Under the pieces are notes generated by a model. The model saw only the letters and a list, made by a program, of their open reading frames with translations. It was not told the DNA's origin and ran no database searches. The translations under genes were made by a program, and so were the position numbers. A stretch of DNA of 64,000 nt from Plasmodiophora brassicae (taxonomy: Eukaryota). The DNA is taken from the NCBI GenBank assembly GCA_036867785.1, contig CP145410.1, forward strand, positions 186,001 to 250,000. The letters are read 5' to 3'. Each line of letters begins with the position of its first letter. Position 1 is the stretch's first letter. Shown piece after piece: positions 1 to 12,399 of the stretch.

Positions 1-420
1 AGATCAGTCATCTGAGCTATTGCAAGAGCCAATATCAGTGCTGACCACAACGAGAAGGAACGCACGTCCACAGTGCAGCAGCAGCACACTGTGTCAGTTG
101 CTTCACGTTGTGGACTCGTGGATTTCTCAGCGTCGTTTGATCAATCAATGAAGCCGGCTGCGGAGTCCGTCGCGCAGTCCGACTCGTCTGACATTGAGCC
201 GCGGCCCGCGGACAGACGATTCTATAGCGCCGCCCCTAATACTGAGGTTCGCAGCGGATTCGAACCTATCTAATGCCTACGAACCGCAACACACATAGGC
301 CATGGTTCGCTCGTCTTAAACCTTCGTACTTAACGCCCCCTTCACTCTCACACGCGCCATCTTGTCCAACTACCTCAGTCGTGGACGATCGATAGCCATA
401 CTTTCATAGGGTTCATTCAT

Positions 421-1776
421 TCATTCATAGCATCCGAGACGGTAAAGCAACACTCTGCCTCGATCGTTTCCAATGGCTAAATGCCTGCTATCAGGGGCGA
501 ATGCAACAGCGGACACGAAATGCAGCGGGGTCTGAGAGGTCGGCCAGGACGGGAACACGGTCCTCGTCGGTACATGCACAATTCGCAGCGCATCCTGCTT
601 CTGGCGAGACGCCATGATGAGCAGATTGCCGTCGTGGTTGAACGTCAGGTGGTCAATAGCTGTTGTAAGCGACATGATGGACTTGACTGGGTTCGGTGCC
701 CCATCAGCGTACAGGTTCACGACTCCCGTGCTGGACCCGGTCGCAACGATGTTCTTCGAATTACCTGCAACAGCCACGCGGGTCGCCTTGACGCATCCGT
801 GATCAGAGAACCGCGTCCTGCACTTTAGGCTGCCGACGTCGAATACGTAAACGTCGCCATCGGCACTGAAAGCCGTCAGTTCCGAGCCATCGCTGGAGAA
901 CGCGACAGATCGAACACTGCCGTTCACACGAACCGTGCCAAGGCACTGCTTCGATTTTGCAGATACAATGGCAACGTAACCGTCCTGGCACAGGAATGCG
1001 ACATGTTTGCCATTAGGCGATGAAACGAACTTGTGGAATGACGAGTCGGGTCGGCCACGAACGCCAGGGACCTTCTCAACAGCACCGCGCTCAATGTCGA
1101 ACGTGTAGAAGAACTTTCGCGGCCCTGACATCCACACCTCGTCGCTACCGACAAACGACGCGCACTGAATCGGCAGGTCAGCAACGTGGACAGACTGGAG
1201 TTTGTTGTTCTGGTGCCCGTCAACGTTGAACAGTCGCAGCGTACGATCCATGCCGGCGGTCAGGAGAAGCTGCCCGTTGCTATGGAAAGCAACGCTTTGG
1301 ACGACGCTTTCCGACACGCCATTAACGTTGGCGTCCTTCAATCGAGCGATACGGAAACTGGTAGTGCCCAGTCGTCCACCGGCGCCACGCGCAAGAAGGG
1401 GCTGCGCGCTACGAAGATATGCATCTTCGTCATCGTCCTCATCAGAAGCACGACCGTTATTGTTCGCCCAGTCTGCGGTCCGGTGAAGCTTCCGGAACTG
1501 GGTTCGAAGACGCTCCACGTATTCTTTGCCTGACACGGTAACCTCGTCCTCTACCTGGCGTAGTTTCCGGTTGCGGGCTGTGCTTGATAAGTCAACGCGC
1601 ACGCATTCGTCATCCTCATCGACCCACGCCGGCTTCTTCTCCAACCTCGTCGCATCCTCCTCGTTACGCCGATCAACATTGTCGGCTACGACATCACCAA
1701 ACAGCTCTTGCTCCAACTGATGCTCAACGAGTTCGTCATAGGAGCGCTTCTCGCCAGCTCGGAGCAGAGCAGGCAT
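421..1776 (-). CDS. UTP18: U3 snoRNA-associated protein 18-like WD40 protein
   Basis: Intronless ORF with KPAWVDEDD, 'SGKEYVERLRTQF', 'RLKDAN' and WD repeats ending TVFPSWPTSQTPL...AIGNDRGRVLLYRL; first ATG at 1776. Confidence 0.9.
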   Translation of the reverse strand: MPALLRAGEKRSYDELVEHQLEQELFGDVVADNVDRRNEEDATRLEKKPAWVDEDDECVRVDLSSTARNRKLRQVEDEVTVSGKEYVERLRTQFRKLHRTADWANNNGRASDEDDDEDAYLRSAQPLLARGAGGRLGTTSFRIARLKDANVNGVSESVVQSVAFHSNGQLLLTAGMDRTLRLFNVDGHQNNKLQSVHVADLPIQCASFVGSDEVWMSGPRKFFYTFDIERGAVEKVPGVRGRPDSSFHKFVSSPNGKHVAFLCQDGYVAIVSAKSKQCLGTVRVNGSVRSVAFSSDGSELTAFSADGDVYVFDVGSLKCRTRFSDHGCVKATRVAVAGNSKNIVATGSSTGVVNLYADGAPNPVKSIMSLTTAIDHLTFNHDGNLLIMASRQKQDALRIVHVPTRTVFPSWPTSQTPLHFVSAVAFAPDSRHLAIGNDRGRVLLYRLGCYE

Positions 1777-2365
1777 GTTTCGGGACAACACGATGCTGGA
1801 TCCCTCACGGAGTCCGCCACGGACTATCAACCACCGTGACCGTCCGCGAGTTCACAGTCACGCCAATGCAGCAAAAATATGTCGCCTCGCGCCCCTGGTG
1901 CAAAATCCACTTGATCAGACTCGAGAATAGACAACGAAGAAGCAGAGCCATGCTCTTTTGACCGTATTCCTGATCGCCATCACGCAGAGCGCTGGCAAAT
2001 GAGCTGTATAGAGCAGACGTTCTTATATGTCCCTATCAAGAGGTTCTTGACGAGACATGTTCGCTGGCCTGACAGGCCGGAACTGCCAGTAGACCATGTT
2101 CATACTCGCCCGCGACAATAAGCATTACGGTGTCAGTCCAGACTGCTAACTCGAGGTGGCTGGCTGCGTCGGGTTTTCGACCAAACTGGTTCGCTGCTGT
2201 CGCTTGCAGCCAGTGATGGCCTACCCGGTTTGGGGGCGGTGGAAGGGGGGCTCCCAGCCTTTTACTTCGGCAATTGGGGACATGAGGGCCGATCGGCGAT
2301 CAACCAATCAGAAAACGTCACATTCCCGCAGTGTGTTTGCGGACCTTCGCAGTCAGCCGATCACG

Positions 2366-3028
2366 ATGGCGGCGCCGGTGCCCATGTCGGTTGAGGCCAT
2401 GCAGCAGTTGCAGCAGGAGACGGCGCAACGGCGGCAGAGTCTTCAGCAGGCAACGACCCCTGCCAGCGTGTGCCATGTCCCGAATGTCGTTCGAAGAACG
2501 CGTGCGCTCATATCATGTCTTTGTCAGGTGGAGTCCACCCCGCGATATGATGTCCTTTCCGTCGATAAGCTTCGCGAGCTCGTACGCAACGTCGACCCAA
2601 ACGAGCGCCTGGACCCTGAAGTTGAAAACGTACACCTGGCAACCTGTTCCCGGCGTTTTGATGGTGATGATGATAATCTACGTACAGGTACTCCTACAGA
2701 TAGCAGACGAGTTCGTGGACAACGTGGCCACGTTTTCCTGTGCAATTGCAAGGCATCGGAAGTCGTCTACGCTCGATGCGAAAGACGTCCAGTTGTACCT
2801 CGGTATGTCGTTCACTTCGGTTTGCCCCGTCAAGGCATTGCTCGTATCTGAAACCGCCGACTCACAGATCACAGCTGGAACATCCGGGTGCCTGGATACA
2901 CCTCAACGCTGACGCCGCCGATGCGGTTCGACACCCAGCAGCGAAGCCGGCTCTCCCAGACGCGTCTCGCAGCCGTGCAGAGCGCCGCGTCCAACCCTCG
3001 CAAACGCAAGGCGCCCCCTCGGCCATAA
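2366..3028 (+). CDS. TAF12: TFIID subunit 12 (histone fold), 4 exons
   Basis: Spliced peptide KLRELVRNVDPNERLDPEVEN|VLLQIADEFVDNVATFSCAIARHRKSSTLDAKDVQLYL|DHSWNIRVPGY; stop TAA at 3026-3028. Confidence 0.88.
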
Positions 3029-3316
3029 TTCGGCCCACAGACAACCCCTAATGTATCATCCGTTCACACGCCTTCTGCTCGCAGTCATGCTCCCAGCAGA
3101 TAGGGTTCCATCTGTCACTTCTCGCTGGCATCTGCGTTCGGCCACAGGCTCAAACGCACGCTTACCAAGGAAGCAGCCCTGGCAGAACGAACTTGTGAGG
3201 AGTGGCGACGGCAGAAAATGGACCATTGGACGTGGAACGCCGCCAGGGCCACAGGGGGACAGAGCGTCGCAGTCCGAGTGCCGGTTGGACGTCGTGGGCG
3301 ACGGACGACGGGACGG

Positions 3317-4583
3317 ATGTCGCAGGAGTGGTGCACGATCGAGTCCGACCCAGGTTTGCCTCCGCAATCGCAATTCAGGTTCGATGTCTGCTCACGTCTG
3401 GGGCGCTCGGTCCCGCAGGCGTGTTCACTGAGCTGATCGAGAGCTTCGGCGTAAAGGGCGTCCAGGTCGAGGAGCTATACGATCTGAGTCAGGTGTACGA
3501 CCTGCGGCCTGTCTATGGCATGATCTTTCTGTTCAAATGGTATTGCTGTTGTCGCTGTATTCCTATTCGGTTTCGCGCCGTGTGTGTGACAGATTGCTTG
3601 CGGCAGGCGACGAGAGGGTGCCCCGAACACGAGCGCGATGGAGGTCGACGACGTACCGGGCCTGTTCTTCGCCCGACAGGTCATCCAGAACGCGTGCGCG
3701 ACGCAGGCGATCATCTCGGTTCTGCTGAATTCGCCGTCCATCGAACTCGGCGAGGAACTGTCCAACTTCAAATCGTTTACGGTGGACCTGCCACCCGATA
3801 TGCGCGGCTTGTCGCTCGCGTCGGCCGAGACGATCCGCGCGGCGCACAACAGCTTCGGCCGCCCTGAAGCATTCGAACTGCCAGACGTCAAGCCCGACGA
3901 AAAGGAAGAAGACGACGCGTTCCACTTCGTGTCCTTCATCCCGTTCAACGGCAACCTGTACGAACTGGACGGGCTGAAGCCCGCTCCGGTGTGCCATGGA
4001 CCCTGCACCGATGACGACTGGCTCGAGAAGGCCGTCCCCGTCATCCAGGAACGGATCCAGTCGCACTCGCACGAAGAGATTCGCTTCAACTTGAGTACGT
4101 ACATCGTTCTGCGTCTGAGCATGATCGCCGCGCTTGCGTCTAATTCGAATCGCAGTGGCCGTTATCGCCAACCGTCAGGAGCAATGCGGCAAACGACTGA
4201 CAGAGATGGAAGCGCGGCGGCAGGAGGCGGTTGCCCGCTTAAACGGGACGGGCCGGACTGCGAATCGGATCTCCCACGACCTTCCACACGGCAAGGACGA
4301 GCTGGCCGTGGCCGTGTCAGCCATGGATGCAGAGATCGAGCAGCTCAAGGATACCATCGTTGAGGAGAAGCGAAAGTTCGAACGCTGGCATAACGAGAAC
4401 ATGCGCCGCAAGCACAACTACATCCCGTTCGTTTTCAACCTCCTGCGCCAGCTCGCTGACAAGGACCTGCTGACTGGCCTCGTCGACCGGGCCCGCGCGC
4501 AGAGGGACGAACGTCGTGCGGCCGCGGCCGCTGCTGCCCTCGCCGCTGCGTCCTCCAGTGCGTCACAACCGCCGAAGCAATGA
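3317..4583 (+). CDS. UCHL5: Ubiquitin C-terminal hydrolase UCH37/UCHL5, multi-exon
   Basis: [24 protein letters not shown] (catalytic Cys), [16 protein letters not shown]-terminal [12 protein letters not shown]. Confidence 0.93.
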
Positions 4584-4634
4584 TGAACAACTGTCACTGT
4601 ACAAACTCACATGTACCGACAGAATAAACGCAGT

Positions 4635-4813
4635 AACGACTGCGAGGACTTGGAGGAACACGACGTGGAACCTGACGCTATTGACGAGAAGGAGATGCGC
4701 CTCGGGAACAAGATCGTTGAGGAGATGGAGCGAAGCGCGCAGAAACAAGGCTGGGCGTCCGCGTCAATAGCTTCAGGTTCCACGTCGTGTTCCTCCAAGT
4801 CCTCGCAGTCGTT
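4635..4813. repeat. Inverted repeat, 52-bp arms (4635-4686 and 4762-4813), 1 mismatch, 75-nt loop
   Basis: aacgactgcgaggacttggaggaacacgacgtggaacctga(c/a)gctattgacg and its reverse complement, read directly. Confidence 0.95.
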
Positions 4814-5054
4814 GTCGTCATCACCAGGCGGCGTGCTCCACCTGCATCGCAGGAGCGCTAATGGAGGCGGCTGCAGAGTCAGCGGCGCTGGACCATGTAC
4901 GTTCGTCGCATTGCCCCCCGGAAACGTGTGTGTGCCTGTGGAGCATCAGTGCCCGACGACGGTCGAGAGAGAGAGGGCGTCCCGTCGCGGCATTCGAACG
5001 ATCCCCGTGGGGAGGGGGACGCCGCGCCAAGCGGCTGCATCGTGTCCGTCGGCA

Positions 5055-8000
5055 ATGGCGCTGGCGTTGCGGGTCGTCCGGGGCGGCTGCAGGACGGTCG
5101 GCGACTGCGCCTGGATTCGCAAGGCGTTCCTGGACGAGATGGTCCGGCAGGAGCACGTCGTCGTGCCGTCGTCGTCGCTGGTCCCGCAGCGCGATTCGTC
5201 GCTGCTGTTCACGAATGCGGGCATGGTGCAATTCAAGGTGGGTGGCGCGCGTGTGCGCTCCTGCACATAGGCTGGTGGGGGTGCTGATGCGCGATCGTGG
5301 TCAGGACGTGTTCCTGGGTGCGGAGCCGGTCGCTCCCCGCGTGGCCACGTCGCAGCTGTGCCTTCGTGCCGGCGGGAAGCACAATGACCTGGACAATGTC
5401 GGGCCCAGCCCGCGCCATCACACCTTGTTCGAAATGTTGGGCAACTTCTCGTTCGGCGACTACTTCAAGGCAGAGGCCATCTGGCTGGCATGGGAGGTGC
5501 TGACTCGAGTGTACGTCGTGCGGCGCGTCCTGTACCGTGAGGCGCGCCCATTGATAGTCCACCGCACCAGATTTAAACTGGACCCGGCCCGCCTCAGTGT
5601 CACTGTCCAAGAAGGAGACAGTACGACTGCCGATTTGTGGACCGACGTCTGCAACGTGCCTATGGAACGTATACGATTCGTCGATGACAATTTCTGGTTC
5701 GTGAACGACCTGTCCGCAGGTGGTCGTCGATTAAAGGCCGTTGCGTAGGACGATGGGCAACGGTCCTGGACCGTGCGGTACCTGCACTGAGATATACTGG
5801 GATCTAGGTCCCCACGTCACCGAAGAGGATAGGTCACGTGCCGCGGCTTATCCTGTCGATGGGCGCGGGTACTGACTGCCCAGTAGGTTTCTGGAGATCT
5901 GGAACCTGGTGTTCATGGCTGAATACCAGACGGAGCTCGGGAAATACGAGGAGCTTCCTCGCTGCTGCGTTGACACTGGCATGGGCCTTGAGCGTCTGGC
6001 ATCGGTCCTTCAGGGCGTACCGAGCAATTTTCACATTGACAATATGACGTCGTTGATTAAGGCCATCGAAGAGTTGGCGGTTCGCATCTCAGGTGTGGAT
6101 GGATGCCAGTTTGTACTTGGGGACCGAACGTGAACGCCGTCCCTATAGGAACATCATCGGGACCCCTGACAGAGCGGAACGATTCGTTCACGGCCCTGAA
6201 GGTGATTGCCGACCACTGTCGTGCCATCACGTGCCTCATAGGAGATGGCGTCACCCCGTCGAATAATGTAAGCCGTCATCGACCTGCTCCGTTTGATGGA
6301 ACAGTCCCCGTAACCGTCCCCTGGTAGGGTCGTGGTTATGTCCTGCGCCGCATCATTCGACGAGCACAGCGCTTTGGCGCTCGCCTTGGTGCCCATGGTA
6401 CTCTAATCGCGTCCTGTCATCACCCATGGTTAATGTCAGCTGATTCGTGCCGCCCTCGTTCAGTCCCGTTTCTGCATGAACTCGTGCCGCACGCCGTTAC
6501 ATCCCTGTGTGGAGCAAGGCCTGAGCTACTTCAGGAGGATCGCATGACGCGGGTCCAGACGTGCTTGAAGGCTGAGGAGGAAAACTCCATCGAGTCCCTG
6601 CAGCGTGGGACAACGCTGCTGGAGCATCACTTCGCACGTGGCTCTCGCTACGTCGATGGCGAGACAGCGTTTCGTCTCTACAGCAGCCACGGTTTCCCGA
6701 TCGACCTGACGTCGTTGATCGCGAGCGATCACGGCGCGTCCGTCGACGTTCAGCGCTTCAATACGTTGCTTGAGGAAGAACGCGAAAAGTCACGCGCGAC
6801 GTGGTCCTCAGCGTCTTCTATTCCCGATGACGTTCGCCTGTGGGGTATCAAACCCACAACGGTTGACATTGACTCTGTCAGTGGCCCGTCAATCGTGTCG
6901 GCCGTGTCCAAGGCAGGCTTCGTTGCTATCGACCCGTGTCCTTTCTACGTAGGGTGCGCCGTCTGACCGCCCATCATTGGTAATCTAACGGAGACGTTAG
7001 GCTGAAGGCGGCGGTCAAGTTGGCGACATCGGACACCTATCGCTTCTCGACGGCAAACAAGTGCGAGTCCTCGACACGACCATCCCGTACTCGGGCGGCG
7101 TCGCCCTGTGTATCGACCCGGCCGATCTGGCCGACGTCAGCGTTATTGGGACATCGGTCGTACCCGTTGTCGACCGGCGCCATCGCCAGGATGTGTCCCG
7201 GCACCACACGGCCACACATCTGCTACACTCTGCCCTTCGTTCCGTCCTGGGCTCGTCCGTGACACAGGCCGGGTCGCTCGTCGGTGCCCAGTCGCTCCGG
7301 TTCGATTTCGTCTGCAACGCCCGTTTGACACCCGACAAGGTTCGTGCCGTCGAGGGCCACGTCAACCAGCGCATCGCGAGCGAGGGCGACGTCATCATCG
7401 ACGAAATGACATACGCCGATGCGCTCCAGCAGGGTGCGCTTACTGCGTTCGGCGAGCGCTTCACCGACGACGATATCGTTCGGGTCGTCCTTGCCGGTGG
7501 CGAGTCGTTCGAGCTGTGCTGTGGCACCCATGCCAAGACGCTGGGCGAGCTGTACCCGTTCAAGATCCTGTCGCAGTCGTCGGTGGCCGCCGGCGTTCGA
7601 CGTATCACAGCGGTCTGTGGACGCCCGGCAATCGACAAGGGCGTGGAAGCATTCGACGAGCTGAGCGCCCTTCGGCAAACGCTTGGGGACAATGCGTCTT
7701 CGTCGTCGTCCGTCGGCGATGCGGTCGCTGGTCTCCTGTCGAGGTCGAAGGCGATGGAGCGCGACAACCTGGCCCTGAAGACGCGTCTCGTGCTGGCGGT
7801 GGCCGATCGACGTGCTGTGAATGGCATCGACTACATCGTCTCGTGCGCCGCCGACGTCGACCTGGCCCCGCCCGACCTGAAGCAGATCTGCAAGCGACTC
7901 TCGCAGGCGTCCGTCGTGGCCATCGTGACGGCGACTTCGCTGACTGTCGCCGTCCCCCGTCAGCTGTCGTCCTCGATTAACGCCCGCGACATCGTTCTGC

Positions 8001-8143
8001 AGCTAGCGTCGGGCGCCGGCGGCGGTTCACCATCGTTCGCAAGCGCGTCGCTAACCGCCCCGGTCGACGCCGAACGCCTGTGGGTTGCCCTTGCCACGAC
8101 CCGCACTCTGTCGAACAGTGGGCAGAACGCGACCGGTACATGA
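5055..8143 (+). CDS. AARS: Alanyl-tRNA synthetase, probably mitochondrial, multi-exon
   Basis: [53 protein letters not shown], editing motifs HTATHLLH and ELCCGTH; Arg-rich N-terminus without acidic residues. Confidence 0.93.
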
Positions 8144-8423
8144 CTACAGCGACCCTCTCGGGACAGAACTGAACGGTGTGCAATTTGGATCGCGAGTCGC
8201 GTCGCAACGCCGACGCTGGTTGTCGAGATGCTCTCCGTCGATCCTGCCAATGTACCTCCCGGTCGTTCGACGTGTGCGCTTTCGCGTACATTGTAGTATC
8301 CCCTTCCGGTGCTCGCGCTTCTGTGCACCGGATTATGGCTTCGACAGATGGGTGATGGCGCGGTTGAGGGGTTTGGCGAGGTGAACCACGCTCGGGAGGG
8401 ACGATGACGCGTTTCAGTCCAGC

Positions 8424-9167
8424 CTACATGGGGGCCACCTTGTTGCGTTTCTCGACCCAGACGACCTCGCACAGGCTCGCGATGGCCTTCGCCGCCTGGA
8501 GCGCCGACTGTCCATCTGGGCAGCAGTCAGGTGACGGCTTCCACATGGTCAAACACAGGCGCGTTCCACCTGCAACGTCTGCCACCATGCGGTCGTTCGA
8601 GTATTCGCTGGCGATCGTGACGGAGACGCCCTGCTGGGCCAGGGTGGCCTTGTAGTATGCGACCAGCTTGGCCATGTCGCGATCGGGGCTGTCGCACAGC
8701 AGGACAATCAGGCGGGCGGCGGCTTCGGCGGCATCGGGCACATTGGGCGACACCTTCTTGGACAGGTCGACTGGCGCGCACGTCACCGACGGTGCATACT
8801 TCTGCTCCAACGTCGCCAGCTCGGCGCGCGTCAGGCCGAGCACGTATCCGTCGGGAGGTACGTACCTGCTCAGAACGTACGTCAGCACTCGGTAAGCCAG
8901 GGCACCTTGCCCCGCCGCCTACTACCGGGTCAGCTGGCGGCCCAGGTCGGCCTCTATGGATTGTCGCACGGAAACGCGACTGGCTGCGTCGACGCCGGAA
9001 AGGCTGACCAGGTAGACGGCGCGGAACCCGGCGACGAAACACGACGAACCGTCACCGTCATCCAATGCCGTGAACGTTCGCGTCGCGTCCGGCATCGGGC
9101 ACGTGTCGTCGGCGGATGCGCTGAGCGCGACAACGGTAATGGCACCGAGGAGGACCCTACCGGACAT
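8424..9167 (-). CDS. Hypothetical protein with predicted signal peptide, spliced; exon structure uncertain
   Basis: MSGRVLLGAITVVALSASADD N-terminus; downstream coding-like ORF 8424-8888. Confidence 0.4.
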
Positions 9168-9521
9168 GATACTGTTGGTTAATGGGACGCGTTCGGAGGT
9201 CATCGCCGGCGTACCGCCCAACAGGTATCGGCATCCGACGAAATCGCGATCGGCCACCTCGACGGATTGGTCAACGACTGAACGGTGTTCTGGAAGCGGA
9301 CACGAGTGGAGGACATCGGCGGCGAGCGGTTCTAGATTCCGCAGGTCGATCATGGCTGGTACTGTCACTTGGAGATCCTCCGACCGCGTCTATCGTTCCA
9401 CGTCTGGTGTGGGTTTATTTAACTCCCGCGCCTGCCGTTTCCCACCTGAGCAATTTTTACCCCACCGATTGTTCGTCGCGGAAGAGCGCGACTGCAGGAA
9501 CTGCACAGGCCGCGTCAGGCG

Positions 9522-12320
9522 GTGACGTGCACTAAATCGAGGCGCCGGCAGTCTCCGTCCGCATTCCCGGACGGCCGTCGTCGTCGTGAGATGTCGGAAT
9601 TCGAGGTTGCTCCTGAGGTTGCTCTGCAGTGTCTCCTGCCAGCAGATGATGCCGAGCGTGCGCCCGTTCCCAAAGCGTTGCACGGTGCGCTCGATTTGCT
9701 AACGCGGTCACGTGCCCTCTGCACCGTGTTGTCGTTTCGCGACTGGCGCGATCTGCTCGCTGTCAGCTATTCCCTGAATCGGTACCTCCAGTTCTCGCCG
9801 TTCTGGCCGTGGCTGTTCAACCACATTGTCGTCCGGCCAGACAGGTTGCCCGCTGGGTTCAGCGTTTTCCGCCTGGTCGCTCGCGTTCTCTATCCTAATT
9901 CTCCCGCACTGAATCGCCCTCTCCTGCATGGGGCGACCGCACCGACGCCGACCCGCCCATCTGCTCCCACTCCTGTTGTCGTCTGCTTGACGCGACAAGA
10001 TTCAATTGAACTCCGAACAGCGTTGGTTCGTCGAGCCCTGTCAACCAGCAACGCCCCCACCGCCACTCAACACGAGGCCGTCATTGTCGCTGTCGACGCG
10101 CTGCTTCAGTTTGGGGTTCCCGCCGAACAGGTCGTCGATCTTGCCGCCAGCGTTGAATCGCCAAACCGCACCTTGCAAGTCTGCATCGCCGCATACCTCG
10201 CGATGAGGCCGGGCGGGCCCCCCGCCAACCTACACACGCTTGTTCGCACGGCAACAACCTTCATCGACTTCGTGGGGCTTTGCGCCGGCGTCGGCGTTGA
10301 CGGTCTTCGCGAGAGCAAGTGGGACCTGCGCGGCACGCGCTGGCCCCAGGCCGTCCGCCGCATGATCATCAAGTCGTTGGCGTCCATGTCCTGGTGGCAA
10401 CTCCTGGACCTATGCACGCAGGGCCGGCAGGGCCTTATGAAGGCTCTGTTCAAGAGCCTGCATTTCGTGACGCTGCTGCGTCCGAGCGACGACGCGGGCC
10501 ACCGACGCCTGTACCTGTTGCAGTCGATCGTTCGCGGTGCGCGTTACCCGACCTGTCCGGACGCGTTCGCCGCCTGGCACAACACGATCGTCACGCCGCT
10601 GATCGACCTGGTCCAGGCCCACCAGGGGCGTATCGAGGTGCCCGCCGAGTGGATCGCAGACCATTTCAATGCGGCGCTTGCTGGCCGACCCCTTGTCCGT
10701 CCCTTGAAACGGTCGATCGATATGCTGCTGGCGCGCTATGGCAACACGAGTGCAACTTGGGCGCTCATAATGGACTCGCCGGCCTTGTTTGCATCCTGGG
10801 GCGACCTGGCCGGCAACCTCGTCTCCATCATATGCGCCGACTGCCCGATCGCATCTGTCCAGCGTCTGGGCCACGCTCTGCTCGCCAAGGGCGCCGCCGT
10901 CACCGCGTTGGCCGTCTACCGGGCGGCGCTGCGGGTGCAGGCCGCCATGGACAATGAGTTCATGAGCAAGGTCAGCGATGCGATCGCGGCATCACCTGAC
11001 GGCGACAGCGTACAGGTAACCGTCGAAAACCTGGTGAAGGACAGGAAAGGCAACTGGACGTCGCTCGACAAGACGATCAATGTTGCGCGTACGTTCGGCG
11101 CCGACACCGTCGCGGCGTACCTAACGTGGCTGTCGGACGTCACCGACGGCTTGCTATCCAGGAGCACGCCGGTCCCTGGTGCATCCTCCATTATCGTGTG
11201 CTCGTCGGAGCTGACGAACAATCCCGTCCGAACGGGCGCCCCGCCCGCCATCCCGTCGTATTCGCCCGTCGCCCTGTGGCGCAACGAAACGGTCAGCCTG
11301 GCGAGGAGCGGCGTCGGCGACACGATCCTGGCTGGCATCACATGGTGCCAGCCCGAAGGTTCGACCGTCCCAGTCGACCTCGACCTGTCTGCCATCTTCT
11401 TCCAGGAATCGTTCGCTTGCCTGGGCAGCTGCAGTTTCCAGACGCCCTCGTTCCTCGCCGAGCACTCTGGCGACATTCGGTCGGCACCGTTCCCGAACGG
11501 CAGCATGGAGTACGTCACGATCGGCATTGAGCGGCTGAGACAGGCCGGGTGCCGGTACGTTGCCCTGACCGTGCACTCGTTCACTGGCCAGTCGATGGAC
11601 ACGCTGGCGGACGCGTCCGTGTTCGTCGCCAACCCGGCTCGGAGCGGTACCGGCCCGAATGGCCTGTCCATTCTAACCGCCGCCCGACTCACCGGAAAAG
11701 GCACCTGCAACGTTGCCGCGTTCCTCACGATCGGCGCCGACGGCGCGGCGTCGTTCACCTGCGTCGACCACACGCTGAACGTGGACGCGCGCACGGCCAG
11801 GTCGTCTTCGAACAGGGCCGGCGACGCGGTCTCCCGGTGCCTGCGAGGGCCATCTGCGATCGGCGCGCTGCGTTCCGTCCAGGTCGCCGCGCTCTACTCG
11901 GCACAGCTATGCGAACGCGTGCACGTGGTCGGCCGCAACGGGGCCGCCGCTGACCTCGTCCGGGCGTCGTCGGAATCGTCGGGCGCGTGGCTGGCGCGGA
12001 TCGTGGCGGCAGTCGACGACGCCGGCGTCTTGAGCGACGTCGCCCCGGCGAACATGGCAGGTGCGCCGTCGAGGGCGCGCCTGGTGTTTGTCGACGAACT
12101 CGTGCCCATTCGGGATGTGGTGCGCTCGACGTGGAGGTCCTGCGCCGACACCCTGGCCGTCGTCATCGTCGTCCGACTGCAGAGCCACGAGACGGGCCTC
12201 GAGGAGTACGCGGGCGGCGCCGATGGACATGGTCCGCGTACCTTCGTCTGCAAGGGCTGGGACACGCTACGCCTCCTGCGACAGGCGTTATCGCTCGACG
12301 GAACAGCGAATCGACAGTAA
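9522..12320 (+). CDS. Intronless protein: F-box-like N-terminus, helical TROVE/ROT-like region and TerD-like domain
   Basis: 932-aa ORF (ATG also at 9591); TerD motifs GITW..VDLDLSA, HSGDIRSAP, EYVTIGIERL, RYVALTVHSFTGQ; middle region RWPQAVRRMII...LMKALFKSLHF. Confidence 0.75.
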   Translation: MTCTKSRRRQSPSAFPDGRRRREMSEFEVAPEVALQCLLPADDAERAPVPKALHGALDLLTRSRALCTVLSFRDWRDLLAVSYSLNRYLQFSPFWPWLFNHIVVRPDRLPAGFSVFRLVARVLYPNSPALNRPLLHGATAPTPTRPSAPTPVVVCLTRQDSIELRTALVRRALSTSNAPTATQHEAVIVAVDALLQFGVPAEQVVDLAASVESPNRTLQVCIAAYLAMRPGGPPANLHTLVRTATTFIDFVGLCAGVGVDGLRESKWDLRGTRWPQAVRRMIIKSLASMSWWQLLDLCTQGRQGLMKALFKSLHFVTLLRPSDDAGHRRLYLLQSIVRGARYPTCPDAFAAWHNTIVTPLIDLVQAHQGRIEVPAEWIADHFNAALAGRPLVRPLKRSIDMLLARYGNTSATWALIMDSPALFASWGDLAGNLVSIICADCPIASVQRLGHALLAKGAAVTALAVYRAALRVQAAMDNEFMSKVSDAIAASPDGDSVQVTVENLVKDRKGNWTSLDKTINVARTFGADTVAAYLTWLSDVTDGLLSRSTPVPGASSIIVCSSELTNNPVRTGAPPAIPSYSPVALWRNETVSLARSGVGDTILAGITWCQPEGSTVPVDLDLSAIFFQESFACLGSCSFQTPSFLAEHSGDIRSAPFPNGSMEYVTIGIERLRQAGCRYVALTVHSFTGQSMDTLADASVFVANPARSGTGPNGLSILTAARLTGKGTCNVAAFLTIGADGAASFTCVDHTLNVDARTARSSSNRAGDAVSRCLRGPSAIGALRSVQVAALYSAQLCERVHVVGRNGAAADLVRASSESSGAWLARIVAAVDDAGVLSDVAPANMAGAPSRARLVFVDELVPIRDVVRSTWRSCADTLAVVIVVRLQSHETGLEEYAGGADGHGPRTFVCKGWDTLRLLRQALSLDGTANRQ

Positions 12321-12399
12321 AACACCTATGCGCCACCTTTCCGTCGACGCATCATGAGGCGGCCGTCGCAGATGGGTAGCCGTCCTGAGACAGTTGGGA

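Noticed and set aside
244-290. Minus-strand GGTTCGAATCC B-box with a possible GGTTCG/CGAACC stem
   Set aside because: Too short for a tRNA, broken T-stem, no D or anticodon arm; may be chance or a remnant
5055-8143. Apparent frameshifts in AlaRS and other genes, suggesting pseudogenes or recoding
   Set aside because: Explained by short GT-AG introns with branch-site motifs
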